Part shown: piece after piece, positions 43,785-55,657 of the stretch
Layout of the letters: each line of letters starts with the position of its first letter
How positions within the stretch are numbered: the first letter of the stretch is position 1
Made by a program: the position numbers and the translations under genes
Notes under the pieces: model-generated
Told to the model about the DNA's origin: nothing
The model's input: only the letters and a program-made list of their open reading frames with translations
Databases searched by the model: none
Assembly: GCA_963849325.1 (NCBI GenBank)
Contig: CAWKHF010000005.1
Coordinates: 32,001-96,000 of the forward strand
Origin: an uncultured Planctomycetota bacterium
Lineage (GTDB): Bacteria > Planctomycetota > Planctomycetia > Gemmatales > Gemmataceae
Direction of reading: 5' to 3'
DNA: 64,000 bases

Positions 43785-44681
43785 ATGCAACGATGGCGTG
43801 GTTGGCTGGTGGCGAGTCTCGTCGCGGTTGGCTCCGTGGCCTTCGCCGTTGCGGAGGACCAGGAAGGGAAGGTGTCGCTTGACAAAGTGCCCAAAGCGGT
43901 CCTGGATGCGGTCAAGACCAAGTACGCCAAGGGAAAAATCGTGGCCGCCGAGTTCGAGACGGAAAGCGGCACCAAGCTGTACAAACTGGACGTCAAAGTC
44001 GGCAATGCGGAATTGGAGGTCAAGGTTCGGCCCGATGGGAAGATCCTGAGAGTGGAAAAGGAAATCGCCCCGGACAAGCTGCCGCCAACGGTTCGGAAAG
44101 CGTTTGCGGCGAAATTTCCCGGAAAGCACATCAAGAAGGTTGAGCAGATCGAACAACGAGGTCTCGTCCTCTACGAGATCGAATTCTACCTGCAAGGCAC
44201 CAGCGGCAAGGACAAGGAAGTGATGTTCACGGCCGAAGGAAAAGAGGCCACCGTCGAAGAAGGCGGCGAGATCGAGGTCCCGGTGGCGGAACTGCCCAAG
44301 AAGGTTGTTTCCGCCGTGAAAGCCCTGTTCCCGCACGGCGAACTGACCAAGGGCGAAAAGGAAAAACTGGACGAGGAAATCGTCTACACGGTTGTGGTCA
44401 AAGACAAGGGCAAGCCGGTCGAAGTAACCCTCAACGGCGAAGGCAAAATCCTGGAGGTGGAAAAGGAGGTCGCCGCCAAGGACCTGCCGAAGGCCGTGGT
44501 CGAAGCGCTCCGGGCCAAGTATCCCAAGGCTGCGATCGAGGAGGCGGCGGTGGAAATCAAGGGAGAATCGAAAGTCTACCGGGTGTCGTTGCTTACCGCG
44601 GACAAGAAGAAGGTGGATGTGAAGCTCGATGCCGGCGGCAAAATCCTGATCGAAGAACGCAAGGACAAGAAGAACGATTGA
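43785..44681 (+). CDS. secreted PepSY-like repeat protein
   Basis: Signal peptide; four (L/V)PxxV..GK(I/E) repeats. Confidence 0.8.
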   Translation: MQRWRGWLVASLVAVGSVAFAVAEDQEGKVSLDKVPKAVLDAVKTKYAKGKIVAAEFETESGTKLYKLDVKVGNAELEVKVRPDGKILRVEKEIAPDKLPPTVRKAFAAKFPGKHIKKVEQIEQRGLVLYEIEFYLQGTSGKDKEVMFTAEGKEATVEEGGEIEVPVAELPKKVVSAVKALFPHGELTKGEKEKLDEEIVYTVVVKDKGKPVEVTLNGEGKILEVEKEVAAKDLPKAVVEALRAKYPKAAIEEAAVEIKGESKVYRVSLLTADKKKVDVKLDAGGKILIEERKDKKND

Positions 44682-44770
44682 GCAGCCGTGCCGCGCGGCT
44701 AGGATGTGGCCCGAACGGATGGTACAACAATCGAGTTGGCCATCCGTTCTTATCTCGTCGGGATGGAGAC

Positions 44771-45449
44771 ATGGGCATTCGCATCCTGGTTGTCGAGGAT
44801 GAGCCGGCGATCGCGGATTTCCTGGTGCGCGGTTTGCGCGAGGAGGGTTTCACGGTCGAGCACGCCGGCGACGGCGAATCGGCCTGGCACGCCCTGGACA
44901 GCGGCGGCTGGGATGTCGTGCTGCTGGACTGGTGGCTGCCGGGCGCCGATGGTTTGACCTTGCTGCGCCGCTATCGCCGGGCGGACGGCGCGGCGCCGGT
45001 GCTGTTTTTGACGGCGCGCGACGCCGTCTCCGATCGCGTGCGCGGCCTGGACGGTGGGGCCGACGATTACCTGTGCAAGCCGTTCGCCTTCGACGAATTG
45101 CTCGGCGCATCCGCGCCCTGGCCCGCCGTCACGAGCGCGGCGCCGATACGGTGCTGAGTTGCGCCGGCGTGCGCATCGACTTGGCGACACAGGCGCGGAA
45201 CGGGCCGGGCGGCGACTGGACCTGACGGCCAAGGAGCAAGCCCTGCTCGTCTTGTTCCTGCGTCATCCCGGCGAAGTGCTGTCGCGGACGCGCATCTACG
45301 AACACGTCTGGGACGAGCGTTATGACGGCCTGTCGAACACGCTGGAAGTCCACGTCATGGAACTGCGGCGCAAGCTGGAGGTACACGGGCCGCGCCTGAT
45401 CCACACGCGGCGCGGCCGCGGCTACGTCTTCGAGGAGACGCCGTCATGA
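44771..45449 (+). CDS. OmpR-family response regulator, frameshifted
   Basis: ILVVEDE, LLDWWLPG, GADDYLCKPF, LTAKE, IHTRRGRGY. Confidence 0.88.
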
Positions 45450-46899
45450 CGCTGACCACGCGGCTGTCGGTGTTCTTTCTCGGCACGCTGGCGGCCGTGC
45501 TGCTCGGCTTCTCGACGACGCTGTATCTGCTGGCCCACACCTATTTGCATCGCCAGATCGAGGACCGCTTGGAGGCGGCGCTGGAACGTCCTGTCGGCGA
45601 CGGCGGAGGTCAAGCCGGATGGCGTCGAGTGGGAGGCGAGCGAACGTCCGGTGTCGCTGGCGCCGCCGCCCGGCGCGGAGCCGATCGTCTGGAGAGTATG
45701 CGACGATCGCGGCCGAGCGATCGACCGCTCCCGCGACCGCGACGACGCGAACCCCTGGTGCGCAACGAAGCCTCGTGGCGAGTGCGAAGCCGGCGCTTGC
45801 CGGTCGAGTCGGTCCCCGGCATCGGGAAGGTGGGGCATCGCCATCGACGAGAGAACATGAAAAGGAGAGGAAATATCCTTTTATCGTGCTGACGGTGGGT
45901 CTGCCGCTGCGTTCCGCGGCCACGACCTTGCGGGACTTGCTGTTTCTGCTGGGCGGCCTGTCGGCGCTGTTGTGGTTGTCGGCGGCGCTGGTGGGCGGCC
46001 GCCTGTGTCGCCGGGCACTGGCGCCGGTGCTGCGAATGGCGGAGGCGGCCGGCGCCATGAACGCGGCCGACCCCGGACAGCGTTTGCCGGCCGTGGATAC
46101 CGGCGACGAGCTGGAAGAGCTGAATCGCGCCTTCAATCAGTTACTCGCCCGTTTGCAGGAGTCCTTCGAGCAGCAGCGGCGTTTCACCGGCGATGCCTCG
46201 CATCAGTTGCGGACGCCGTTGACGGCCATGCTCGGACAGATCGAGATCGCCCTGCGTCGTCCGCGCGCGGCGGAGGAATATCACCGGACGCTGACGGTGC
46301 TGCACGGACAGACGCTGCACGTGCGGCAGATCGTGGAGACGCTGTTGTTCCTCGCTCGCGCCGACGCCGAGGCCAAATCGCCGCAGCTCGAACGCCTCGA
46401 CGTGCGGACGTGGCTGACGGAGCATCTGGCGACGTGGTCCGGCCATGCGCGGGCGGCGGACCTGCGGACGGAGATGGCGGGCGATGGCCCCTTGTGGGTG
46501 CGGGCGCAGGCGCCCTTGCTGGGCCAGTTCGTGGACAATCTGCTGGAGAATGCGTGCAAATATAGCATGGCCGGCTCGTCCATCACGGTTCGGCTGGCGG
46601 AGGAAGGAGGAATCGTGTCTCTATCGGTGGCGGACGCTGGCGACGGCATCTCCGCCGAGGACTTGACGCACATTTTCGAGCCGTTTTATCGCTCGATTCA
46701 GGCGCGGTGCCGAGGTGTGCCGGGCATCGGTCTGGGCCTGGCCGTGGCGCAGCGCATTGCACTGGCGTTGGGCGGCGTGCTGCGTGTCGAGAGCCAGCCA
46801 GAGCGAGGATCGCGTTTAGCTTCAGATGGAAGTCGCTGGCGGGTAGGAGAGAAAGGGGGAATGCCCACGCGTCAGGGAATGAATACCGATTATACCTAA
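45446..46899 (+). CDS. HAMP sensor histidine kinase, frameshifted
   Basis: DASHQLRTPL, NLLENACKY, DAGDGI, GLGLA. Confidence 0.88.
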
Positions 46900-47061
46900 A
46901 CTCTGCCGAGATTGTGATTCGCAGAGAACGTCGCCCTTTTCCGTTCCCTTTTCCGTTAGAACGTCACCCTTTTCCATTCTGAGTCTACCGACTCCCGCAT
47001 GGGCTATGCCGCACGGAGGGGTACTACCCGGTCGGCGGCGCCGCTTTCCTCGGGCGGGGAA

Positions 47062-47090
47062 TTGACGATCCGGTAGCCAAAGGGGATACT
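47062..47090 (+). promoter_or_regulatory. candidate sigma70 promoter
   Basis: TTGACG-17 nt-GATACT upstream of sulfatase. Confidence 0.4.
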
Positions 47091-47173
47091 AGGCGTCGCG
47101 TTGTCGCGGCCCAAGAAGCCGCCAGCAGGGTCACCATCGGCGTGCCCACACCCCCGTTAGCGCAGGAAGGACC

Positions 47174-48665
47174 ATGAGCACTTTTCACCGACACTTGCTA
47201 CCCAGATTCACTCCATTCATCCTTACCATCGGCACGGCCTTTCTGTCGATCCGCTCGGAAAGCAAGGTCTATTCCGCGGAAAAGACAGGTGTACCCAACA
47301 TCGTCTTCATCCTCGCCGACGACCTCGGCTATGGCGATTTGCACTGTTACAACAAGGACTCGAAGGTCCCGACGCCGCACCTCGACCGCCTGGCCGCGCA
47401 GGGCACGCGCTTCACCGACGCGCACACGCCATCCTCGCTGTGTACGCCGACGCGCTACGGCATCCTGACTGGCCGATACTGCTGGCGCTCGTCGCTGAAA
47501 CGCGGCGTGCTCAACGGCTACTCGCCGCTGTTGATCGAGCCGAAGCGCCTGACCGCGGCGTCTCTGCTCAAGCGTCACGGCTACGTCACGGCCGGCGTCG
47601 GCAAATGGCACCTCGGCCTGGGCGACGGCGGCAAGACCGACTTCGCCAAGCCGCTGCGGCCCGGCCCGTGCTCGGTCGGCTTCGATTCGTACTTCGGCAT
47701 CCCCGCCTCGCTCGACATGCCGCCTTACGTATTCATCGAGAACGAGGGCGTCACCGAGGCGCCGACGGCGACGATCGAGGCGAGTGCCATGCGCCGCCGG
47801 GGCGGCGACGGCTTCTGGCGCGCGGCGCCATCGCGCCGCACTTCAAGCACGCCGACGTCCTGCCGGCGCTGACCGAGCGCGCGGTCGGGCTTCGTCCGCA
47901 AGCAATCGGCTGAACAAGCCGTTCTTTCTCTATCTGGCGCTGACGGCGCCGCATACGCCGTGGATGCCGACCGAGGCGTTTCGCGGCAAGAGCGCGGCAG
48001 GCTGGTACGGCGATTTCGTCGCCCAGGTCGATGCCAGTGTCGGCCGTTTACTGCAAGCGCTGGACGAGGCGAAATTATCGGACAACACGCTGCTGATCTT
48101 CACCAGCGACAACGGGGCGCACTGGCTGCCGACCGACATCGACAAATGGGGACACCGGGCCAACGACGGCCTGCGCGGCCAGAAGGCCGACATCTGGGAC
48201 GGCGGTCATCGCGTGCCGTTTCTGGCTCGCTGGCCCGGCCGCGTTCCGGCCGGCGTCACGAGCAAGGAGCTGATTTGCCTGACGGATTTCCTGGCGACGG
48301 CGGCGGCCCTCGTCGGCGCCGAGCTGCCGGCCGACGCCGGTGAGGACAGTTACAACATCCTGCCCGCCCTGCGCGGCGACAAGCGCGATAAGCCAATCCG
48401 CGAGGCAATCGTACATCACTCCGGCGATGGTACGCTGGGCATCCGTCAGGGTCCGTGGAAGCTGGCGCTGGCGCTCGGCTCGCACGGGTTCAGCCAGCCG
48501 GCGAACGTCAAACCGAAACCCGACGGACCCAGGGGCCAGCTCTACAACCTCGACGACGATCCCGAGGAGCGCAACAATCAGTGGTTGGACAAGCCCGAGA
48601 TCGTGAAGCGCCTGACGGCGCTGCTGGAGAAGTACCAGCGCGAGGGCCGCAGCCGGCCGCGCTGA
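47174..48665 (+). CDS. arylsulfatase family, frameshifted near 47820-47900
   Basis: PNIVFILADDLG, CTPTR, GKWHLG, FTSDNG, GGHRVPF. Confidence 0.92.
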
Positions 48666-48738
48666 CCTCGCTCGTCTTGCCGTAAGGTTGTCCGCGTGGG
48701 ATACTGCGAGAGGGTCGCCCTATTTTCCCGGAGATCGC

Positions 48739-48937
48739 CGTGAGCCTGCAGGAACTCGAATCCGCCGTAAGCCAGCTGCCCGCTGACGAGTTAACCGCCT
48801 TTGCGCGGTGGTTTGAGGAGTACCTCGCGGACGCCTGGGATCGCCGCATCGAAGCGGACATCCAGGCCGGACGATTGGAAGAGGCGGGTCGCCGTGCGGA
48901 TGCTGATTTCGAGGCGGGGCGGTGCAAGCCGCTATGA
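48739..48937 (+). CDS. small antitoxin-like protein
   Basis: LESAVSQLP..AWDRRIEADIQAGRL; overlaps a 12-codon toxin-like stub. Confidence 0.6.
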
Positions 48938-48974
48938 ACCACTTTGCCATGCCCGATTTCTGGTATTGTTGACA

Positions 48975-49321
48975 TGGATGAGGCCGACTACTGGGTATCG
49001 TTGGAGTTCCGTGTCTGCCGCGAGTTCGCGGGGATGCCGGAGAACCGCGTCCGCTTCCTGTGGTGCGATGGCTTCATCCCAGAACGATACTTCCTGGATG
49101 GCCCATCGCCACGCATCACGGGCCGGGCGTGGATCGGTAATGGTCCCCGACAAGACGAATGGATTTTCACGCTCTTCTTGAATCAGACATTCGGTTCGCC
49201 GCGAGAGATAGAATGGCAGCGACTGCTCCCCCCGGAGAACGTCACTCGATGGCTGGCTGTTGACCTGCCGGGTAAGCGTATCCAAGTCGAGCCGGCGGCG
49301 ACGGTCGCCGAGGGAAAGTAG
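48975..49321 (+). CDS. hypothetical protein
   Basis: MDEADYWVSLEFRV..WCDGF; protein-like. Confidence 0.6.
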
Positions 49322-49398
49322 CGGTCTGTTCGGCGCACCATCCACAGCGTCGCCAAGCGGATCGCGGGTAGTGTGGCCGGTGACAAGGACCGATCCCA

Positions 49399-49884
49399 AT
49401 GGTACAGCGAACTCCCGTGGCAACCGCCGCCTTGTACGAACAGGACGAAACAGCCTGGCTGGAGGCAACGGCCGAGCTAATCCGGCAAGGGCAGCTGGAC
49501 GGGGTGGATTTGGACACCCTGGCGGAGTATCTAACGGACATGGCCAAGCGGGACCGTCGTGAGGTGTACAGTCGGTTGGTGGTGTTGCTGTCCCATCTGC
49601 TGAAGGGGGACTACCAGCCGGATCACCGCTCTGGGTCGTGGCAAGGGACCATTTTGGAGCAGCAGCGGGAATTGCGTCAGCTCCTGGAGAGCAATACCCT
49701 CCGAAACCACGCCATCGCGGTGTTCGCCGCTGCGTATGCGGACGCCCGCAAGCAAGCCGCAGCAGAGACGGGGCTGACACGCGGGACGTTCCCAGAAGAG
49801 TACCCTTGGAACCTGGACGGCGCACTTGCCGACCGCGGCGAAGACGCCGATCCCAATGCGGCGGCAGATCGGCCACGCCAATGA
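49399..49884 (+). CDS. DUF29 family protein
   Basis: LYEQDETAW, LLSHLLK, SWQGTI.EQR, AAAETGL..FP. Confidence 0.88.
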   Translation: MVQRTPVATAALYEQDETAWLEATAELIRQGQLDGVDLDTLAEYLTDMAKRDRREVYSRLVVLLSHLLKGDYQPDHRSGSWQGTILEQQRELRQLLESNTLRNHAIAVFAAAYADARKQAAAETGLTRGTFPEEYPWNLDGALADRGEDADPNAAADRPRQ

Positions 49885-50065
49885 GGTTTCTCCGCGTTTC
49901 AACGTCTTTCCTCGCGGAGCCGGCTGCGGAGTGCGTGGGAGGATGTGCCTGGCGTCCGCCCCTGCCTTTAGACCCCGCCGCGCATAAAACGAAACTTTTT
50001 CCGAAACCATTTCCCGCCGCGTTTGTTAGAATCTACGGTGAGTCGCCTACCCGCCGAGACACCGC

Positions 50066-52408
50066 ATGAGACCGCCGTCGGCCCGCCTTTATTCGATCTC
50101 CTTCCTTTCCGTGCTGGCACTGCTCGCCGCGGGGTCCGCGCTTTGCGCCGCGGACGCCGGCGTTGTCTTCTTCGAGACGAAAGTGCGCCCGGTGCTGGTC
50201 GAGCACTGTTATCGCTGCCATTCGACGGCGACGAAGCAGCGCGGCGGATTGAGCCTGGACAGCCGCGACGGACTCCGCAAGGGCGGCGATACAGGGCCGG
50301 CGCTCGTGCCGGGTCAACCGAAGGACAGCCTGCTCCTCCAGGCGGTGCGCTACAGCGAGGAGCTGCGCATGCCGCCCAAAGGCAAGCTGCCCGACGCCGT
50401 CATCGCCGATTTGGAGAAGTGGATCGCGATGGGCGCGCCCGACCCGCGCACCGGGTCCGGCGCCGTCGTCGCGGCGAAAGGGATCGACGTGGAGGAGGGT
50501 CGCAAGTTCTGGGCGTTCCAGCCGCCGCGACCTCATCGCGTGCCGCAGGTCCAGGACACGAGCTGGCCGCGCGGCGACATCGATGCGTTCCTGCTCGCCG
50601 GCCTGGAGGCGAAGGGTCTGCGTCCGGCCGCGGACGCCGACCGGGCCGTGCTGCTGCGCCGCGTCTGTTTCGACCTCCTCGGCCTGCCGCCGACGCCGGG
50701 CCAAATCGACGCCTTCGTGAACGACCCATCGCCGAACGCCTTCGTCCGCGTCGTCGATGATTTGCTGGCCTCGCCGCACTTCGGCGAGCGCTGGGGTCGG
50801 CACTGGCTCGACGTGGCTCGCTTCGCCGAGTCCTCCGGCGGCGGCCGTTCGCTGCTGTTCCCCGACGCCTGGCGCTACCGCGATTACGTCATCGAATCGT
50901 TCAACGCCGACCGGCCCTACGACCAGCTTCGTCACCGAGCAGATCGCCGGCGATCTGCTGTCCGCTGCGACGCCGGAACAACGCCGCCGTCAGCTCGTCG
51001 CCACCGCTTTCCTGGTGCTCGGACCCACCAATTACGAGCAGCAGAACAAGGACGCTCTGGAGATGGACGTGGTGGACGAACAACTCGACACGATGGGCCG
51101 GGCCATCCTCGGCCTGACGATCGGCTGCGCTCGCTGTCACGATCACAAGTTCGATCCCATCCCGACGCGCGATTACTACGCCCTGGCCGGCATTCTGCAC
51201 AGCACGCGGACACTCCTTCACGACAACGTGTCGCGCTGGGTCGAGCAGCCGCTGCCGGTGAGTACCGAGCAGGATGAAACGATCCAACGACACGAGGCCG
51301 CCATCGCCGAGCTGCGCCAGCGTCTCAAGCAGGCCCGGACGGAGAAGGGCCAAAGCAAGGCAGCGGTGGAGTTGGAGAAGGAACTGCGGCGACGGATCGA
51401 GAGCGGGCCGCGGCGGCCGACGGCGATGGCGGTGCGCGACGCGGAGCGCATCGAGGATTGCGCCATCTGCATCCGCGGTAACATTGCCAGCCGTGGCGCC
51501 AAGGTGCCGCGCGGCTTCCTGCAAGTCGCCAGCACCGTCCCTTCACCCGCGCTGTCGGCGCGGGAGAGTGGTCGCCGCGAGCTGGCCGCCTGGCTGACCC
51601 GGCCGGACAATCCGCTGACGGCGCGAGTGATGGTCAATCGCATCTGGCATCACCTGTTCGGCGCCGGCCTGGTACGCACGGTGGACAACTTCGGCAGCGC
51701 CGGCGAACGGCCCTCGCATCCGGAATTGCTCGATGCGCTCGCCCTCCGTTTCGTGCAAGACGGCTGGTCCATCAAGAAACTGATCCGCGTCCTCGTGCTG
51801 TCGCACGCCTACCAAATGAGCAGCGCCGCCGGGCCGGAGGCGCCTGCGCGTCGATCCCGAGAATCGACTGCTGGGACGCATGAATCGACGCCGTCTCGAC
51901 GCCGAGTGTCTGCGCGACGCCATGCTGGCCGTCAGCGGCCGGCTCGACCGTTCGCTCGGCGGACCCACTATCCGGAAGGGCACGACCAGCGAGATCGCCT
52001 ATCGTTTCGACGAGACGCGCCGCAGCGTGTACGTGCCGATTTTCCGCAACAAGCTGCTGGAGCTGTTCGAGGCGTTCGACTTCGGCGACCCCAATCTCGT
52101 CAACGGCCGCCGCAACGTCAGCACCGTCGCCACGCAGGCGCTGTATCTGATGAACAGCCCGTTCGTGAGGGAGCAGGCGCGGCAGGCGGCGCGGGCGCTG
52201 CTCGACGTGCCGGGCCTGGACGAAAGCGGCCGTCTGGAACGTGCCTATCGTCTGGCGTTAGGCCGAGCCGCCGACGCTGCGCGAGCGCGACATCGCCTTG
52301 ACGTTCCTTGGCTCGTCCGAGGACAGGCAGCGCGGAACAGCGGTTGCCCAAATGGGGGCGGTTGTACCAGGCTTTGTTTGCGTGCCTGGATTTTCGCTAT
52401 GTGAACTG
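50066..52408 (+). CDS. planctomycete cytochrome c/DUF1549/DUF1553 protein, frameshifted
   Basis: CYRCH, GERWGRHWLD, CARCHDHKFDP, NPLTARVMVNR, QALYLMN. Confidence 0.9.
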
Positions 52409-52466
52409 ATGCGGGTTATAGCAACGGAACAGGTAACGAGAAGTAGGGTGCGGGAACGGATAGTGG

Positions 52467-52664
52467 GGGTATTTTTCGTTAGCCCAGCCCTTCAGGGCTG
52501 GGAACAGCGGTGAGTAGGTGGTCTTGGGGCGGGGCTTTAGCCCCTCAACGAGGGCTTCAGCCCTCGATTCATGCGTCCTCGGCAAAGGGCTAAAGCCCTG
52601 AACAAGTCCTCTTTCCGTGGTGCCGTCCCCAGCCCTGAAGGGCTGGGCTAACGAAAAACACCCC
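52467..52664. repeat. composite REP-like palindromic element
   Basis: About 37-bp terminal IR containing AGCCCTTCAGGGCT; internal GGGCTTTAGCCC, AGGGCTTCAGCCCT, GGGCTAAAGCCC. Confidence 0.85.
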
Positions 52665-52694
52665 AAGCCATTAGGGCGGCTGAGGAGCACGCAT

Positions 52695-52988
52695 ATGGAT
52701 CCCGTGACACGTGTTCGAGAATTCCTCCTGGATCAAGTCGGTCACCTGACTCGCCCTGGGGTTGCCTCGTTCGATTCCCTGGCAAGCCGCTGGTTTGTCC
52801 CCATCTGTTGCCGAACCGAGCGCGGAGACGTGGTTATCGGTGATGTCGAGGTAGACCGCGAGGGACATATCGTCTTCGCACCTAGCCGAGACGAAATGTT
52901 GACTCGATTGCACCGGGCGATGGCGTCATCGTCCCAGCCCATCAAGGAAACAACGCCGCTTGGAGACGTGGCTCATGAACACTCGTAA
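52695..52988 (+). CDS. hypothetical protein
   Basis: GAGGAG RBS; MDPVTRVREF... Confidence 0.6.
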   Translation: MDPVTRVREFLLDQVGHLTRPGVASFDSLASRWFVPICCRTERGDVVIGDVEVDREGHIVFAPSRDEMLTRLHRAMASSSQPIKETTPLGDVAHEHS

Positions 52989-54396
52989 TACTCTGCTCCC
53001 CACTCGCCGTCAACTTCTCCAGAGTACGGCATGCGGCTTCGGCTACCTCGCCCTGGCGGGACTGACCAATAGCGCCGCGGCGAATCCGCTGGCGCCGCGG
53101 GCGGCGCCGATTCGTCCGCGTGCCAAGCGGGTGATCTTCCTGTTCATGCAGGGCGGTCCCAGTCACGTCGATACCTTCGATTACAAGCCGCGCCTGGAAC
53201 GGGACAACGGCCAGATGCGTTCCTTTGACGACGCCCGCACGCTGGCCAAGACGCATCAGGTCGTCGCGCACCGCGTGATGAAATCGCCGTGGCGGTTCCG
53301 CCGGCACGGCCACAGCGATCTGTGGGTGTCCGAGTTGTTTCCGCACATCGCTCGCCGCGCCGATGATTTGTGCGTGCTCAAGGGCATGCACACCGAAGGC
53401 ATCGCCCACGGTCCGGCCACGCTGTTTCTGCACACCGGCGCCATCAACCTCATCCGTCCGTCGGTCGGCTCGTGGGTGCTCTACGGTCTGGGTACGGAGA
53501 ACCAGAACCTGCCGGGCTTCGTCACCCTCTGCCCGTCGATGGGCAACGGCGGCCCGCGCAACTACAGCAACGCCTTCCTGCCGCCGGCCTACCAGGGCAC
53601 GGCCGTCGGCCGCGCCGGCATCCCGGCCACCGAGGCCAAGATCCGCAACCTCGGCAACGACCGCCTCGCGCCCGCCGAGCAGCGCCGCCAACTCGATCTC
53701 CTGCAAGCACTCAACGCCGAGCAGATGCGTCCCTCTCCCGGAGACGCCGAGCTGGAGGCCGTCATCGATTCCTTCGAGCTGGCCTTCCGCATGCAGACCC
53801 ATGCGCCGGGCGTTCTCGACCTGTCCGGCGAGACGAAGGAGACGCAGCGACTGTACGGCATCGGCGCGAAAGATACGGACAATTTCGGCCGTCAATGTCT
53901 GATGGCGCGTCGCCTGGCCGAGTCCGGCGTGCGTTACGTACAGATCAACTACGGCGACAATTCGGCCAATCCGGCCTGGGACCAGCACTCGAATTTGCCC
54001 AAGCACGCCGATCACGCTCGCGCCGTCGATAAGCCGGTGGCGGGGCTGCTCGAAGACTTGCGGCGGCGCGGCCTGCTGGACGATACGCTGGTGTGGTGGG
54101 GCGGCGAGTTCGGGCGGACGCCCTACGCCGAGAAGAACGGCACCGGCCGCGATCACAACCCGGACGGCTTCACGGTGCTGTTGGCCGGCGGCGGCGTCAA
54201 GGCCGGCCTGTCTTTCGGCGCCACCGACGAGTTCGGTCATCACGCCGTCGCCGACAAAGTCCACATGCGCGACCTGCACGCCACTCTTCTGCACCTGCTC
54301 GGGCTGGATCACGAGCAGCTGACCTATCGCTACGCCGGCCGCAACTTCCGCCTGACCGACGTGGCCGGCCGCGTGGTACACGAGATCATTGCGTGA
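52975..54396 (+). CDS. DUF1501 family protein
   Basis: TRRQLL, AKRVIFLFMQGGPSHVDTFD, GEFGRTP, GRDH. Confidence 0.93.
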   Translation: MNTRNTLLPTRRQLLQSTACGFGYLALAGLTNSAAANPLAPRAAPIRPRAKRVIFLFMQGGPSHVDTFDYKPRLERDNGQMRSFDDARTLAKTHQVVAHRVMKSPWRFRRHGHSDLWVSELFPHIARRADDLCVLKGMHTEGIAHGPATLFLHTGAINLIRPSVGSWVLYGLGTENQNLPGFVTLCPSMGNGGPRNYSNAFLPPAYQGTAVGRAGIPATEAKIRNLGNDRLAPAEQRRQLDLLQALNAEQMRPSPGDAELEAVIDSFELAFRMQTHAPGVLDLSGETKETQRLYGIGAKDTDNFGRQCLMARRLAESGVRYVQINYGDNSANPAWDQHSNLPKHADHARAVDKPVAGLLEDLRRRGLLDDTLVWWGGEFGRTPYAEKNGTGRDHNPDGFTVLLAGGGVKAGLSFGATDEFGHHAVADKVHMRDLHATLLHLLGLDHEQLTYRYAGRNFRLTDVAGRVVHEIIA

Positions 54397-54724
54397 GAAA
54401 AGGGGAAGTCGGCGGTGAGACGGGAGAAGAGGTCCGGCGACAGTGTCATGTGGAAAGGATTCCGTCTTGATTTCGCTCCGAGGGGGAGGGTTTTGTCGGG
54501 GCTGCCGGTAGTTCTGCCTAGGTTGGCGAGAGGACCGAATCGGTTCGCGGAAGGGGGGCGCTTTGTATGGTCTCTTGTGCCGGCAGACGGTCTAATGATA
54601 GTTGACGGTACCGGCCGGAGAGGATCCCATCCGGGAGCCTGGCCGGGGCCGACTGGGCCGCGAGCAGACGAAGCTGCCGTAAGCGCCGGGACAGGACGGC
54701 CCGGACCAAGAAGGACCCGTCCCC

Positions 54725-55543
54725 ATGACCAGCCCCACCCGACAACTGGACGCCTCCGGTCTAGAAGAGGCTTTTTACCGGCTGTACCGCGAGTTCTTCG
54801 ACCAGGCCGAGAGGAAACGGCGTTGGTCGATCCGCGACGACATCCCCTGGCACCAGGTCAACCGGAACATGCCCCCGGCTGTGGCCAACGTGGTCGAATC
54901 CTTTTGCGCCGTCGAACTCTACCTGCCCGACTATATCACCAAGGCGTTGGCCTTGCCGTTGATCCGGGCCAGCCGCGGCCGGGCCTGGTTCCACGCCAAC
55001 TGGGGCTACGAGGAGGCCAAGCACTCGCTGGCCCTGGGCGACTGGCTGCTCCACTCCGGCCAGCGCACCGAGGAGCAGATGGCCGACCTGGAAGGGCAGG
55101 TCTTCGACCACGAATGGGAGTTGCCGCGCGACAGCCCGATGGGGATGATCCTGTACGGCATGATGCAGGAGTTTGCGACCTGGCTCAACTATCGCAACCT
55201 GCAGCACCGGGCGGACGAGTTCGGCGACCCAGCCTTGTCCCGGCTTTTGGGCTATGTCATGGTGGACGAGCGTTGCCACTACGACTTTTACAAGCGGATC
55301 GCGCTGATGTATCTGGAACGCGATCGGCAGAGCACGATCGAGGAGTTGCGCCGGGTAGCGCAGACCTTCGCCATGCCGGCCCTGCACATGCTGGCGGACA
55401 GCAGGCAGCGGGTCGCCGAGGTGAAAGCCCTGAACATCTTCAGCGAGGACATCTTCTTCCGCGACGTGCTCCGGCCGCTGCTGACCGCGCTGGGGGTGAG
55501 CTGGGCGGAATTCCGCCAGCGCGACCCGCAGCGCAAGTCGTAG
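54725..55543 (+). CDS. acyl-ACP desaturase-like ferritin-fold protein
   Basis: VELYLPDY, WGYEEAKH, QEFAT, DERCH diiron ligands. Confidence 0.85.
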   Translation: MTSPTRQLDASGLEEAFYRLYREFFDQAERKRRWSIRDDIPWHQVNRNMPPAVANVVESFCAVELYLPDYITKALALPLIRASRGRAWFHANWGYEEAKHSLALGDWLLHSGQRTEEQMADLEGQVFDHEWELPRDSPMGMILYGMMQEFATWLNYRNLQHRADEFGDPALSRLLGYVMVDERCHYDFYKRIALMYLERDRQSTIEELRRVAQTFAMPALHMLADSRQRVAEVKALNIFSEDIFFRDVLRPLLTALGVSWAEFRQRDPQRKS

Positions 55544-55657
55544 GAGGTCCGTGCGACTTGCCGAGGGGTAGATAGGGCCGGCGAAAGCGCTGCTGTCAAG
55601 CCACTGTCATACGGAACAGGCGCGCTCCTCGGGGATAGATCCTGGGGGAACCGATTC

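Noticed and set aside
46923-46980. Short direct repeats AGAACGTC.CCCTTTT
   Set aside because: Only two or three imperfect copies; cannot assign as operator or terminator
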